Part shown: piece after piece, positions 1-12,045 of the stretch
Layout of the letters: the number at the start of each line of letters is the position of its first letter
Numbering within the stretch: position 1 is the stretch's first letter
NCBI GenBank assembly: GCA_030390025.1
Contig: CM059432.1
Location: forward strand, 133,116,001 to 133,180,000
Direction of reading: 5' to 3'
Length of the DNA stretch: 64,000 nt
DNA from: Squalus acanthias
Lineage: Eukaryota
Notes under the pieces: generated by a model
What the model was told of the DNA's origin: nothing
Database searches by the model: none
What the model saw: only the letters and a program-made list of their open reading frames with translations
Program-made: the position numbers and the translations under genes

Positions 1-963
1 ACAACTTCTAAACTTGGAAAGTGAACAACAATGGAAATGGGAGCTTTTATAGACCATTTGCAGTTGTCAAGTAAAGAAATCGTCACATGATGACACAACA
101 CCCGACCTCCTTACCTGACGTGATCCCCGAGCAAAATTTTCCGAGCTGACCCACCACCAAATGTGCCTGCTGACCCCCCGAAAAATTCCCCCCAATGAAT
201 TCAAAGGACCTGTCTTTATGTATGTGAACCTCATGCAAGACTGCCTCCAAACTAAAATGAGTTATTTTGTCACTTTAATTGAAGAAATTTATGCAGACAA
301 TGTTAATTCAGAAGGAATATCAAATAGTGTGGTCTTCTTTATACTTGCAGTAAGCACAACTTGTATCTAGCATGTCCCCATCACTTTGCTGAAAGCATTG
401 GCACATTGGAAAATAAAATATGCCTTCATTCCCAGTTGGGTGCAACTGGTGTAACAGTTTATCAATCTCCAACATATAAATATATCAATGACGTTGGGAA
501 CAGGTTCGAGTGGGCAATTGTCACTGAGCTGTCACTGATAGACAAATAACCAGCTGTTTGTGTCAGTTCCCGCCACAGCCTCCCCTTTTCCTGGGGCTTT
601 CACAGACCTATATTGAAATCTATAAAACAATCAAAAGTACATTGCTCTCTGAATTTCTGAAGTTGTATCCTCCAGATAATTTTTTTTTGAAAGCGGTTTA
701 AATGTTATTGTGGTAATCTATTTACTGGCGGCCTTACTTTTTAAGCAAGCCTGAGCAAACAGAAATCACTGACTGATTTTTAAATGAAGCTGAAACTACC
801 GAGTAAAAGTGATTGAGGCTGTTGAAGGCCAAATGTTGTCACTGTCTGGGAGCTGGCCATTGCTTCTCCCTCCCACCATGCAGGCTGTGTAGGATGTCAT
901 CTTTGTAGTCTTTTGATGTGCAAATATTGCCATACCTACTTTAAAATGCTGCATTTGGGTACT

Positions 964-1322
964 AGCCGTGGCTCAGTGGGTAGCACTCTTGGTCACTCTG
1001 TGTCAGAAGGTTGTGGGTTCACAGTCCCACTCCAGAGACTTGAGTATAAAAATCTAGGCTAACACTAGGCTAACAGTGCAGTGCTGAGGGAGTGCTGCAC
1101 TGTCAGAGGTGCTGTCTTTCGGATGAGATGTTAAAATCAAGGCCGTGTCTGCCTTTTCAGGTAAAAGTAAAAGATTGCCATGTGCAAAAAATTGGCTGCA
1201 GCATTTCCTACATTACAACAGTGACTGCACTTCAAAAGTACTTCATTGGCTGTAAAGTGCTTTGGGACATCCTGAGGTCATGAAAGGCGTTATATAAATG
1301 CAAGTCTTTCTTTCTTTCTCTC
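964..1322 (+). mobile_element. tRNA-headed Deu-domain SINE (SacSINE1/DeuSINE-like), internally deleted
   Basis: A/B-box-like head (GTGGCTCAGTGGGTAG...GGGTTCACAGTCCC), GATGAGATGTTAAA core start, tail AAAGGCGTTATATAAATGCAAGTC(TTTC)n; matches many other copies in the window. Confidence 0.8.
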
Positions 1323-1854
1323 TAGCCCAGGAGCGCAAAGGCCAACTCTAGGAGTCCAATTGCTACCTGGCTGAGATGAGCAAACTCAACGGACATAGAA
1401 GTGAACCTGGGACCCTCTGGCCTGTTGGCTCAGTGCTCAACTGCATGGTGCAGGTCTTTCTTTCTTTCTTTTACTCATGAGGCAAAATTCTATGGAAATT
1501 CCCATGGCACATCGACAGAGACAAGGCATCCTGTTAACCGCCTTTAGGAACTAAGGTACAAGCGTTGTGATTTCTTCACATGACACTTCCTTTCCTATGT
1601 GAGTTGTTTAGTTTCAGGGTTCTGTTGTCTTCTACACTTTCCCGTCCACCGTGGTCCAGTCATAAAATCAACGAGGTCCGCTTCATTCTCTCCGCGCGGT
1701 GTGGCACGGCGAATCACGGGACTCAGCTGATCCCAGGCGGATGAGACGTACTCCTGGTATTCAGCCACATCCGTTTCAGTGTTGTCTTTCCATCAGCCAA
1801 AGCTCTCAAAGCAGGAAATGAACTCTATTGCTCGATACTAGAATTTTTTTTCGA

Positions 1855-2230
1855 ATTAATTCTCGGGATGTGGGTGTTGCTGGCAAGGCTGGTATTTAAT
1901 GCCTATCCCCAGTTGCCCAGAGAAGGTGGTGATGGTGGGCTTTCTTGAAACACTGGAAGTGGTTTGGATACAACTGGATCACTTCAGAGGGCAACTAAGA
2001 GTCAACCGCCTTGGTGTGAGATTGGAGCCACATATAGGCCAGAGCGGGCAAGGGCTGCAGGTTTTCTTCCCTAAAGGACATTAGTTGGATTTTTACAACA
2101 ATCCGCCAGCTTCACGGTCACTTTAACTGAGACCAGCTTCTTAAAACAAAACTGAATTCAAATTCTCCAACTGCCATGGAGGGAGTTGAACTCACGTTCT
2201 CTGGATTATTAGTCCAGGCCTCTGGATTAC
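1855..2230 (-). mobile_element. tRNA-headed SINE, MetaSINE-like, with a LINE-derived 3' end
   Basis: Minus strand: tRNA-like head, central AATGTCCTTTAGGGAAGAAAACCTGC...GGTTGACTCTTAGTTGCCCTCTG, and a 3' end similar to the LINE end at 39360-39430. Family name from recall only. Confidence 0.6.
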
Positions 2231-3581
2231 GAATCAATGATTGCTAAATATGTAATAGAGCATTTCCCTAATCTTATTTTATTTTTTAAAGTTTTTTTTA
2301 AAAGTTTTTTTTGTCGGACCCTGTCGCCAACAATTTGTTAAATGGCATTCTGTGACCGGCACTCCCCATTTATGAAGTCACACAAAAAGCTGCAATTTAA
2401 CGAGTCCAATCTCCCAACGGGTAGCCTTGTCCACTGACCGGGCGTATCAGACATTTGAGCCTGCATTGCCCACAATTTTCTGACAGTTAATGATATGAAC
2501 TAATTGGCCGCACGCACCCAAATTTTAGCAACGTGCTGCCCGCAGTTAAAGCTTCTTGCTGGCAGCTTGATTTGTAAAATTTGCCGATGATACCTTCTCT
2601 CAGGCTAGCTCGAACCAGTAGTTCTAAAGCATAATGGCAACTGAGAGACACTAAAGACCCGTTGAGCCACCTGGGTGAAGTCTCACTAATTTCAGTGAAA
2701 AATGTAACCCATTTTTATAGGCCAGTTATTTTAAATGGGTTAACGCCTCTCGTAAAATAGTGGCGAAAAATTTCAGCTGACACTTGTTTGTACATTAGTA
2801 TCCTGTAATGTAACTTCAAGACTCTATTTATATGGACTTGTGGTCACTCTTTGCAATCATCCAATTGCCAAGTGTATATATGAATACGTATCCCCGATAA
2901 CCCGCAATTACTCTGCAGAGAAAATCGCCCAGATTTTTGTCACAGTCTTCTGCTGCACAAGTGCTGGAATGCTGGATTTATTTGTGGCTTAACTTCTGAC
3001 TGGCCCCTGCCCACTGCTCTTACAGTGGCACTCACACGCCATATTCAGAGTTGTTTCTGAACTGTCGGCAATTTTGCGGCTGTGTCAACTGTTGCTGCAT
3101 TTTGCACATTGGCACGTACATTTCCACTAAATAAGAATTGATCTCAAAGTGTATTTGTTTTTAAACTGCCTAATCAAATTTGCAGGAATGACCAATCCTA
3201 AACTCGATAGTCTTCAAACATCAAACATGAATAAGAATTTTGCTTTTTTTAACCTCACCAATTTTGCCTGCCAATTTTCTCCCCTCATGTCTTCTCCATG
3301 AAAGAAGTGACTTCCTGCTGGGACACCGTTCCACACCACCCTCTGATACTTGGCCAATGTGGCTATTACTCGTGTGTCAGCCTCGACAGTGAACGGTCAC
3401 CATGCAGGGTGTATCAGGGACCAGCCTGATCGTGCCTTTACTCAACATCCGCCCTGAGCCACTTCCAGCAGGAGAGTGATCAAGAGCAGAAGCCCTGGTT
3501 ATTCTCCTCCCCCCACTCCCACCGTCCCCCCCAACGCTGAGGTACTAAGGGTCAATTGTAGCGTTCCTTCCAAGGTGATCA

Positions 3582-3935
3582 GTTTGGCTCACTTGGTAGC
3601 AGCCTCAACTCTAGGTCAGAAGGTCCCAATACAAATCTTTTTTGAGGACTTCAACACATAAACTAGGATGACATTCCAGTATAGTGATGAAGGAATGCCG
3701 CATTGTCTGAGGTGCCGTCTTTCAGGTGAGAAGTTAAACTGAGGCCTCATCTGTCTCTCCCAATGGCTCAGGTGAATGCTAAAAATCCCACAGCACTATT
3801 AAAAGAAGAGGAGGGAATCCTCCAGGTGTTTTGACCAATATTTCTTCCTCACCCAACACCACCAAAAAAAGTTAATTAGTGACTTATTTTATTGCTGTTT
3901 GTGTTCAACATGGCTGCTATGTTTGCCTACATAAA
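3582..3935 (+). mobile_element. Deu-domain SINE, diverged copy
   Basis: Head, core and partial tail similar to the other copies. Confidence 0.65.
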
Positions 3936-3939
3936 AACA

Positions 3940-4815
3940 CTCCAGAGCTTTGAGCACAAAATCTAGGCTGACACTCCAGTGCAGTACTAAGGGAGTGCTG
4001 CACTGTCAGAGGTGCCGTCTTTCGGATGAGACGTTAAACCGAGGCCCCGTCTGCTCTCAGGTGGGTGTGAAAGATCCACGGCACTATTTTGAAGATGAGC
4101 AAGGGAGTACTCCCTGGTGTCCTGACCAATATTTATCCCTCAACCAACATCACTTAAAAGATTATCTGGTCATTGTCACATTTCTGTTTGTGGGAGCTTG
4201 CTGTGCACAAATTTGGTGCCCCTTTTCCTACATTACAACAGTGACTACACTTTCAAAGTATTTCAATGATAGTAAAGTGCTTTGAAAGAAAGAAAGACTT
4301 GCATTTAGATAGCGCCTTTCACAACGACCAGACATTCCAAAGCGCTTTACAGCTAATTAAGTACTTTTTGAAGTGTAGTCACTGTTGCAATGTAGGAAAC
4401 GCAGCAGCCAATTTGCGCACAGCAAGCTCCCACAAACAGCAATGTGATAATGACCAGATAATCTGTTTTTGTTATGTTGATTGAGCAATGAATATTGGCC
4501 AGGACACCAGGGATAACTCCCCTGCTTTTCTTCAAAATAGTGCCAAGGGATCTTTTACGTCCACCTGAGAGAGCAGACGGGGCCTCGGTTTAATGTCTCA
4601 TTCGAAAGACGGCACCTCCGACAGTGCAGCACTCCCTCGGCACTGCACTGGAGTGTCAGCCCAGATTTTTGTGCTTGAGTCTCTGGAGTGGGACTTGAAC
4701 CCACAATCCTTCTCACTCAGAGTCAGAGGTTGCTACCAACTGAGCCACAGCTGACACGGCCTTGGGCTGTTCTGTGGTCGTGAAAGGCGCTATAGAAATG
4801 CAAGTTCTTTTCTTT
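3940..4815 (+). mobile_element. Deu-domain SINE (5'-truncated), interrupted near its 3' end by an antisense copy
   Basis: Core 3950-4285; the 3' tail resumes at ~4762-4815 (GGTCGTGAAAGGCGCTATAGAAATGCAAG). Confidence 0.75.
4286..4757 (-). mobile_element. Full-length Deu-domain SINE
   Basis: Reverse complement of head (4690-4757), core and (TTTC)n tail (4286-4298). Confidence 0.85.
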
Positions 4816-5089
4816 TTTTAAACAGTCACAGCACTTGAAAATAATTTGTTGTGTGTAAAGGGCGTTGAGACGATTCTGAAAGATGTTTATCACCTTATCA
4901 CAAGTGCAAGTCTTTCTGCCAACCTGGCTGAGAATAAATCTGCGTAGATCGGAGACTGAACCTCCAACAGACCCGGCATGGCTCAGATACCCACTGGATA
5001 AACTCATGGAGCTGATCGGGTAGGATAACAATTCCGGATTGGGGGTGGGAGGAGGAGGCTGAGCCTTAAAATTTAAACTTCATTTTGAA

Positions 5090-5148
5090 ACGCATGTGAC
5101 GTCTGGTCACCGCCATGGTTACCATAACGGGCAATGCGAAGGGTGAGT
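5090..5148 (+). promoter_or_regulatory. Candidate promoter/first exon: CRE half-site, X-box-like motif, strong splice donor
   Basis: Unique sequence with TGACGT, GTCACCGCCATGGTTACCATAAC (Kozak-like ATG at 5115, RFX-like motif) and AAGG|GTGAGT donor at 5142/5143. Confidence 0.3.
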
Positions 5149-7573
5149 TTGAACAACGGCACTCAAAAGAATGCACTGGGAGTTTTTGCAGGCTTGCCAA
5201 CATGGAAACGGGCCTACAGGCAAAGAAGCAAAGATGCTGTGACATCAGCTGGTTTTGCAAGCAGATAAAACAGGAAAATTATTCCTCCTGTGCTTTTTCA
5301 AAGCCGCAAATAAATATTCCCCAGGCGAAGTCCTTTCATTAGTGACTGGGGTGAGTTGAAAATAGTGAACGCTAAAGGTCGCCTAAACAAATATTGAATA
5401 AACCACCTGCCAGTTAGTCATAGTGAGGTGTCCTACAGCTCATCAGGCCACAACAGACAAGGTAATTATGGACTTGAGCGTGTTTGTCAGGTTTCCTAAA
5501 TGCTCCAATGGAAATTAGAAGAGGGGTGGGTTTGCAGTACTAATTTGCAGGTGGCACTGAGTCATTACTGACCAGAATAAAAAAAGACAATTACAGTCAG
5601 TCTACACTGGGGTTAGTCAAACGCCAACACACCTTCCACAATTCACAGGAATGACAGATAAATTGTCACGACATTTGACACTGTCAGATTGTTAGCATTT
5701 TTTTTTTGGCAATAAGTGCTTTTCTTTTAATTGGAGGTTTTTGTTTTAGCTATTCTGTGTTGGGGCCTTGGCATTTCCTGCCAGCTGTCAATCACAAGGA
5801 GTGGACAATCATTCTGCAGACACCTGGACGGAGATGAAGTCCAGTGGTCACTCCGAGGTGTGCTGTGACCCCCACTGTGGCAATTACCTGTTGCAAGCTC
5901 TTGATTAGACTGGTTCTAAAGAGAGTGCTTTGTACCTGTTCCTTGAGAAATTTGGCTTTTCCATTCATTCAAAAAAGAATTACGATAAAAAGAGCCGTAG
6001 TCTCCTATTAGAGAGAACATTGTCATATATAACATTTGTAGTTTCAGTGAAGCCCATCTCTAATGGGTTTGTGCCGCTCTTAAAGGGATAATGCATTCAT
6101 GGTAAAGGGTTGTTTGCACAAGACTATTTCCCACATATTTAAAGAGGATGGGCCCCGATTTTAACAGAGGCCCAGTTTCCAGAGGGTGAGTTTTGTTATC
6201 GGTTCAAAACCCGCCCGCTTGGGGTTAAAAAGAGAGGTCTGGGATATTTTGGGGAAGTGAAAAATGAAATAAGAGGGGCAAAGAGGGAGTATGAGATAGA
6301 CTGGCATCTAACATAAAAGGAAATCCAAATGTCTTCGATAGGCATATAAAAAGTAAACGGGTAATAAGGAGGGGTGGGGCCGATTAGGGACCAGAAAGGA
6401 GACCGACATGTGGAGGCAGAGGGCATGGCTGAGGTACTAAATGAGTACTTTGCATCTGTCTTTACCAAGGAAGAAGATGCTGCCAAAGTCATAGTGAAAG
6501 AGGTAGTGGAGATACTGGATGGGATAAAAATTGATAGAGGAGATACTAGAAAGGCTGGCTGTACTTAAAGTCACCTGGACTGGATGGGATGCGTCCGAGG
6601 ATGCTGAGGGAAGTAAAGATGGAAATTGCGGAGGTACTGGCCATAATCTTCCAATCCTCCTTAGATACGGGGGAGGTGCCAGAGGACTAGAGAATTGCAA
6701 ATGTTACACCATTGTTCAAAAAAGGGTGTAAGGATAAACCCAGCAACGACAGGCCAGTCAGCTTAACCTCGGTAGTGGGGAAGCTTTTAGAAGCGATAAT
6801 CCGGGACAAAATTAAGAGTCACTTGGACAAGTGTGGATTAATTAAGGGAAGCCAGCACAGATTTGTTAAAGGTAAATCGTGTTTAACTAACATGATTGAG
6901 TTTTTTGATGAGGTAACAGAGAGGGTTGATGAGGGTAATGCGGTTGATGTGGTGTACATGGATTTCCAAAAGGCGTTTGATAAAGTGCCACATAATAAGC
7001 TTGCCAACAAAGCTGAATCCCATGGAATAAAAGGAACAGTGGCAGCATGGATACAAAATTAGCTAAGTGACAGTAAACAGAGAGTAGTGGTGAACGGTTG
7101 TTTTTTGGACTGGAGGAAGGTATGCAGTGGTGTTGCCCAGGGGTCGGTACTAGGACCACTGCTTTTCTTGATAAATATTAATGATTCGGACTTAGGTGTA
7201 CAGGGCACTATTTCAAAATTTGCGGATGACACAAAACTTGGAAGTATAGTGAACAGTGAGGAGGATAGGGATAGATTTCAAGAAGACATAGACAGGCTTG
7301 GTGAAATGGGTGGACACGTGGCAGATGAAATTTAACACAGAAAAGTGCGAAGTGATACATTTTGGTAGGAAGAATGAGGAGAGGAAATATAAACTAAAGG
7401 GTACAATCCTAAAGTGGGTGCATGAACAGAGAGACCTGAGGGTATATGTGCACAAATCGTTGAAGGTGGCAGGGCAGGTTGAGAAAGTGGTTAAAAAAGC
7501 ATACAGGATCCTGGGCTTCATAAATAGAGAGGTCGCACAACACCAGGTTATAGTCCAACAGTTTTATTTGAAA

Positions 7574-7615
7574 TCACAAGCTTTCGGAGCTATCGATTGC
7601 CCCTTCCTCAGGTGA
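7574..7615 (-). ncRNA. Minimal type I hammerhead ribozyme motif (Penelope pLTR)
   Basis: Minus strand UCAC-CUGAGGA-A-GGGGC/aaucgaua/GCUCC-GAAA-GC-UU^GUGA. Confidence 0.8.
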
Positions 7616-7944
7616 AGTAAATAGATACAGAATCGCCAAAGCATATATAGATAGAGAACAAAGCATGTGTACCTTACAATTGCAGACCACTAAATTAAAT
7701 CATCCTGACTATCTGCCGAGGTGTGATAAAGTTAATCAGGTCAGCCAGGAAGGTACCACATCAAAGACATAGCAAGATACAACTGAGACAATGAGGTGTA
7801 GTCGCAGGGGTTCTAACGTGTCAAAAGCTGCCGTCTGTATGTAAAACGAAAAGCTTTAAAATTTTTACTTTTTTACTGGGAAAATTTTTACTTTTTTACT
7901 GGGAATCACATCTGTGAACAAGCCAACGACGACTCGAGTCCGGA

Positions 7945-8509
7945 TCACATCATGTATCGTGACATAAACCCAAGATCCCGGTTGAGACCGTCTTCATGAG
8001 TGCGGAACTTGGCTATCAGTTTCTGCTCGATGATTTTGCGTTGTCGTGTGTTTCTAAGGTTGCCTTGGAGAACGCTTACCCGCAGATCCGAGGCTGAATG
8101 TCCTTGACTGCTGAAGTGTTCCCCGACTGGGAGGTAACAATCCTGCCTGGCGATTGTTGTGCGGTGCTCGTTCATACGTTGTCTCAGTGTCTGCATGGTC
8201 TCGCCGATGTGCCATGCCGCGGTGCATTCTTTCCTGCAACGTATGAGGTAGACAACGTTGGCCGAGTCACATGAGTATGTACCATGTACCTGGTGGTTAG
8301 TGTCCTCACGTGTGATGGTGGTATCTGTGTTGATGATCTGGCATGTCTTGCAGAGTTTGCCGTGGCAGGGTTGTGTGGTGTCGTGGTCGCTGTTATCCTG
8401 AAAGCTGGGTAATTTGCTGCGAACGATGGTACTTCTGAGGTTAGGCGGCTGTTTGAAGGCAAGTAGTGGAGGCGTGGGGATGGCCTTAGCGAGGTGTTTG
8501 TCGTCATCG
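7945..8509 (-). pseudogene. Penelope ORF C-terminal fragment (GIY-YIG endonuclease), left arm
   Basis: Mirror of 8540-9104; YIG motif changed to HIG. Confidence 0.85.
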
Positions 8510-8510
8510 C

Positions 8511-9104
8511 CATGTTCTTCGCAGCCTTCAACATGTCATCGATGACGACAAACACCTCGCTAAGGCCATCCCCACGCCTCCACTACTTGCCTTCAAACAG
8601 CCGCCTAACCTCAGAAGTACCATCGTTCGCAGCAAATTACCCAGCTTTCAGGATAACAGCGACCACGACACCACACAACCCTGCCAGGGCAAACTCTGCA
8701 AGACATGCCAGATCATCAACACAGATACCACCATCACACGTGAGGACACTAACCACCAGGTACATGGTACATACTCATGTGACTCGGCCAACGTTGTCTA
8801 CCTCATACGTTGCAGGAAAGAATGCACCGCGGCATGGTACATCGGCGAGACCATGCAGACACTGAGACAACGTATGAACGAGCACCGCGCAACAATCGCC
8901 AGGCAGGATTGTTACCTCCCAGTCGGGGAACACTTCAGCAGTCAAGGACATTCAGCCTCGGATCTGTGGGTAAGCGTTCTCCAAGGCAACCTTAGAAACA
9001 CACGACAACGCAAAATCATCGAGCAGAAACTGATAGCCAAGTTCCGCACTCATGAAGACGGTCTCAACCGGGATCTTGGGTTTATGTCACGATACATGAT
9101 GTGA
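8511..9104 (+). pseudogene. Penelope ORF C-terminal fragment (Cys-rich linker + GIY-YIG endonuclease), right arm
   Basis: Open frame HVLRSLQHVIDDDKHLAKAIPTPPLLAFKQPPNLRSTIVRS...PCQGKLCKTC...NVVYLIRCRKECTAAWYIGETMQTLRQRMNEH...EDGLNRD; lacks the 5' RT portion. Confidence 0.9.
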
Positions 9105-9433
9105 TCCGGACTCGAGTCGTCGTTGGCTTGTTCACAGATGTGATTCCCAGTAAAAAAGTAAAAATTTTCCCAGTAAAAAAGTAAACATTTTAAAGCTTTT
9201 CATTTTACATACAGACGGCAGCTTTTGACACATTAGAACCCCTGCGACTACACCTCATTGTTTCAGTTGTATCTTGCTATGTCTTTGATGTGGTACCTTC
9301 CTGGCTGACCTGATTAACTTTATCACACCTTGGCAGATAGTCAGGATGATTTAATTTAGTGGTCTGCAATTGTAAGGTACACATGCTTTGTTCTCTATCT
9401 ATATATGCTTTGGCGATTCTGTATCTATTTACT

Positions 9434-9475
9434 TCACCTGAGGAAGGGGCAATCGATAGCTCCGAAAGCTTGTGA
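9434..9475 (+). ncRNA. Minimal type I hammerhead ribozyme motif (Penelope pLTR)
   Basis: UCAC-CUGAGGA-A-GGGGC/aaucgaua/GCUCC-GAAA-GC-UU^GUGA; predicted cleavage after 9471. Confidence 0.8.
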
Positions 9476-10512
9476 TTTCAAATAAAACTGTTGGACTATA
9501 ACCTGGTGTTGTGCGACCTCTCAATTTTGTCCACCCCAGTCCAACACCGGCATCTCCGCTTCATAAATAGAGGCATAGAGTACAAAAACAAGGAAGGTAT
9601 GATGAACCTTTATAAAACTCTGTTTAGGCCACAACTGGAGTATTGTGTCCAATTCTGGGCACCGCACTTTAGGAAGGATGTGAAGGCTTTAGAGAGGGTG
9701 CAGAAAAGATTTACAAGAATGGTTCCAGGGATGAGGGACTTCAGTTATGTGGATAGACTGGAGAAGCTGGGGTTGTTCTCCTTAGAGCAGAGAAGGTTGA
9801 GAGGAGATTTGATAGAGGTGTTCAATATCATGAGGGGTCTGGACAGAATAGATAGAGATAAACAGCTCCCATTGGCGGAAGGGTCGAGAACCAGAGGACA
9901 CAGATTTAGGGTGATTGGCAGAAGATCCAAAGGCGACACCGGGAAAAACTTTTTTACGCAGTGAGTGGTTAGGATCTGGAATGTACTGCCTGAGAGGGTG
10001 GTGGAGGCAGATCGTGGCTTTCAAAAGGGAATTGGATAAGTACCTGAAGGAAAAACATTTGCAGGGCTACGGGGAAAGGGCGGGGGAGTGGGACTAGCTG
10101 AAGTGCTCTTGCAGAGAGCCGGCACGGGCTCGATGGGCCGAATGGCCTCCTACTGTGCTGTAACCATTCTATGATAACTCCCGAGCCTCACTTGAATGCC
10201 ACCATAGCCCGGAGACCAGCCACTGAGCAGGAAGGTCCGCGGGATCGGTTGCCAGGTCGTCCTGTGGGGGTCTCCGCGCTCGGGAGGAGGGAGGGACGGG
10301 GCCGCGGCGGAGGAGGTCACAGTTTTCCTTGTAGTTTTCCTCAAGGCGATAAAAAGAAAACAAATTTTCAAAACATACCTTTTCGGGCCTCTTCAGGCCC
10401 CGATCCTGTCCCACGGTGGGTTGGCTTGGCGGGACGCTGACTGTCATTTCCCGCTCGCCCGCTTCCTCGTAATTATTGCAGTCGATTCCTGATGATGTCA
10501 TCGGGACCCAAC

Positions 10513-10674
10513 CAACGTTCCCCCGAAGCCGCAAGGGCGCACAGCGATCGGGAGGTCCCCTCGCAGGCCGCTCACCAGCTGTTCCGCTGGAAAGAGATAC
10601 CATTGCATGTGCAGCTGCGCAGCAGCAACTTTAAGAGGACTGCGCACCTAAAATAAAAATTAGAGGGAACGTTG
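10513..10674. mobile_element. hAT-type MITE (162 bp)
   Basis: TIRs CAACGTTCCC / GGGAACGTTG; 8-bp TSD GACCCAAC (10505-10512) / GACCCGAC (10675-10682). Confidence 0.8.
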
Positions 10675-10949
10675 GACCCGACGTATACATGCCAAAAAGG
10701 ACCCCACCGGGTTTGGGCAGGGGTCATTGCCACCTGCTTACAGGTTTCAATTTTGCCCTTGCTCCGCCATCTCCCAAAGGCTCAGGGTAGGTAAGCATCT
10801 TGGCCGATGTTAACTGCCCACCCGCCCGGTTTCCGATGGGTTAAAATCACCCCGTTGTTGCCAAGATGCAGCTAATGGTACAAGGACGTCAAGACAGCAC
10901 TCTCATCCGACACGATAAGTTTATTTTATCCTAGTTTTCTTTATTTTAA

Positions 10950-11320
10950 TCCAAGTTTTCTCCTCTTCCTTCTACTGGGGTAAGTTTACGAGGCAGTTTG
11001 CTCCCTCCAGTACCTCACCCAAGTGGTCATTGTTCATGTGTGAGCATTGACCACGAGATCAGCAGACCAGTTAACCCCGGAGGGGTTATCAGAGTGGAGC
11101 CTGAACCTTTCTTCACCCAGTATTCACACACTCCCAGCAGGGGTCCCTGGGTAGTGATCAGGAAATGGAAACTCGGGATCATTTTCCCTTCCCTAACTCA
11201 AGGGTGCTGAGGCCGATGGTGGTGCTGAGATCAGCTAACTCAGCCCAGACTGAAGATTGAACCTGGGACCAGCCTGGTTTGCGTGGTTCCACGACTCACC
11301 GGAGAAACTCGCTGAGCCTT
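10950..11320 (-). mobile_element. Old tRNA-headed SINE, family unassigned
   Basis: Minus-strand B-box-like GGTTCAATCTTCAG; similar stretches at ~3270-3570, ~1325-1450 and ~33120-33240. Confidence 0.45.
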
Positions 11321-11361
11321 CAAGGTTATTCCCATTTTATTTAGTTTTAATAGAAACGAAA

Positions 11362-12045
11362 AGGCTGATTTTACCCCCCACACACCCCATGTGAACGGGG
11401 TCCGTGGGTGGGTGTTTAAAACACAGGAAACCTCTGGATTGGGGCCGCACTCTCAACGGCCGTAATTTTAACTCCCAGATTACAGGAGGCGTGCGAGGCC
11501 TTCACCACAGGAAGGCGAGGGTCTCATTAAACTTCAAAAGTCGGGGTCTGATGGCGTAATTCAGACGCGCAGGTGGCATTTTAACCTGCAGGCGCGTGTT
11601 CAGTGCCCAGTGGCAGCCTCGCCAGGAACACTGGACGCCAAAGAGCAGCAGGCCTGGAAGATGGCCCATTGAGGTAGGCTAATTTGATTCTTCAGAGGCT
11701 CCTCGTGGGCCAGGAGGAACAGGAATGCACCTCTGGGACCCACAGGGAAACGTTGGGCCTCTCTTGCCCCGGATTTACTCTTCTTGATCGCGATCACATC
11801 TGGAGCCCCTCCACTCCCCACCCCCCCCAATGCGCTTACCTGACTGCCGGGGTAACCAATCCCGTGTGTCCCTGGTGGCAGCTTCCTGCCACCAGCCTCA
11901 CGTCATTCCCGCTGGGTTCGGGCGGGAGTCAGGCCTGGACTATGTTGATGAGGCCCGGGAGTTAAAATAGGCCCCGGTCCTCACGCCGGCGAAGCGAGGC
12001 GAGCCTGCCGCTTGCCCCGCCAACCCCAGGTTAAACATCAGGGCT
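11362..12045. mobile_element. Harbinger-type MITE, diverged
   Basis: GC-rich block bounded by GGCTGATTTTAC and GTTAAACATCAGGGC; internal TTTTAAC motifs. Confidence 0.5.

Larger units (their letters stand above)
7527..9557. mobile_element. Penelope-like retroelement insertion: two 5'-truncated copies head-to-head plus a 3' extension
   Basis: Inverted arms 7527-8509 and 8540-9522; extension 9523-9557; TSD GCTTCATAAATAGAG at 7515-7529 and 9558-9572 (3-nt overlap with the left arm). Confidence 0.95.
6250..10174 (+). mobile_element. CR1 LINE, 5'-truncated, decayed ORF2 (RT), interrupted by the Penelope palindrome
   Basis: ORF pieces RPVSLTSVVGK, YMDFQKAFDKV, QGSVLGP, FADDTKL, LEYCVQFWAP; 3' UTR ending CATTCTATGAT; frameshifts and stops. 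Confidence 0.95.
6150..10852. mobile_element. Harbinger-type MITE split by the CR1 insertion (pieces ~6150-6248 and ~10175-10852)
   Basis: Degenerate TIRs GGGCCCCGATTTTAAC / GTTAAAATCACCCC; the CR1 flanks rejoin to GGGATATTTT-AACTCCC, like the TAATTTTAACTCCC motif in the MITE at ~11463. Confidence 0.5.

Noticed and set aside
964..1035. tRNA genes (also at 4690-4757, 17110-17181, 34960-35032, 62772-62840)
   Set aside because: These are SINE heads followed by SINE body; no proper cloverleaf
1600..1830. CpG-rich exon-like unique stretch
   Set aside because: No frame with convincing splice sites at both ends and no recognisable peptide; could be a conserved non-coding element but I cannot show it
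8184..8865. Mirror-image 123-aa ORFs (8184-8555 minus, 8494-8865 plus)
   Set aside because: Off-frame readings of the Penelope arms; the GIY-YIG frame is 8511-9104
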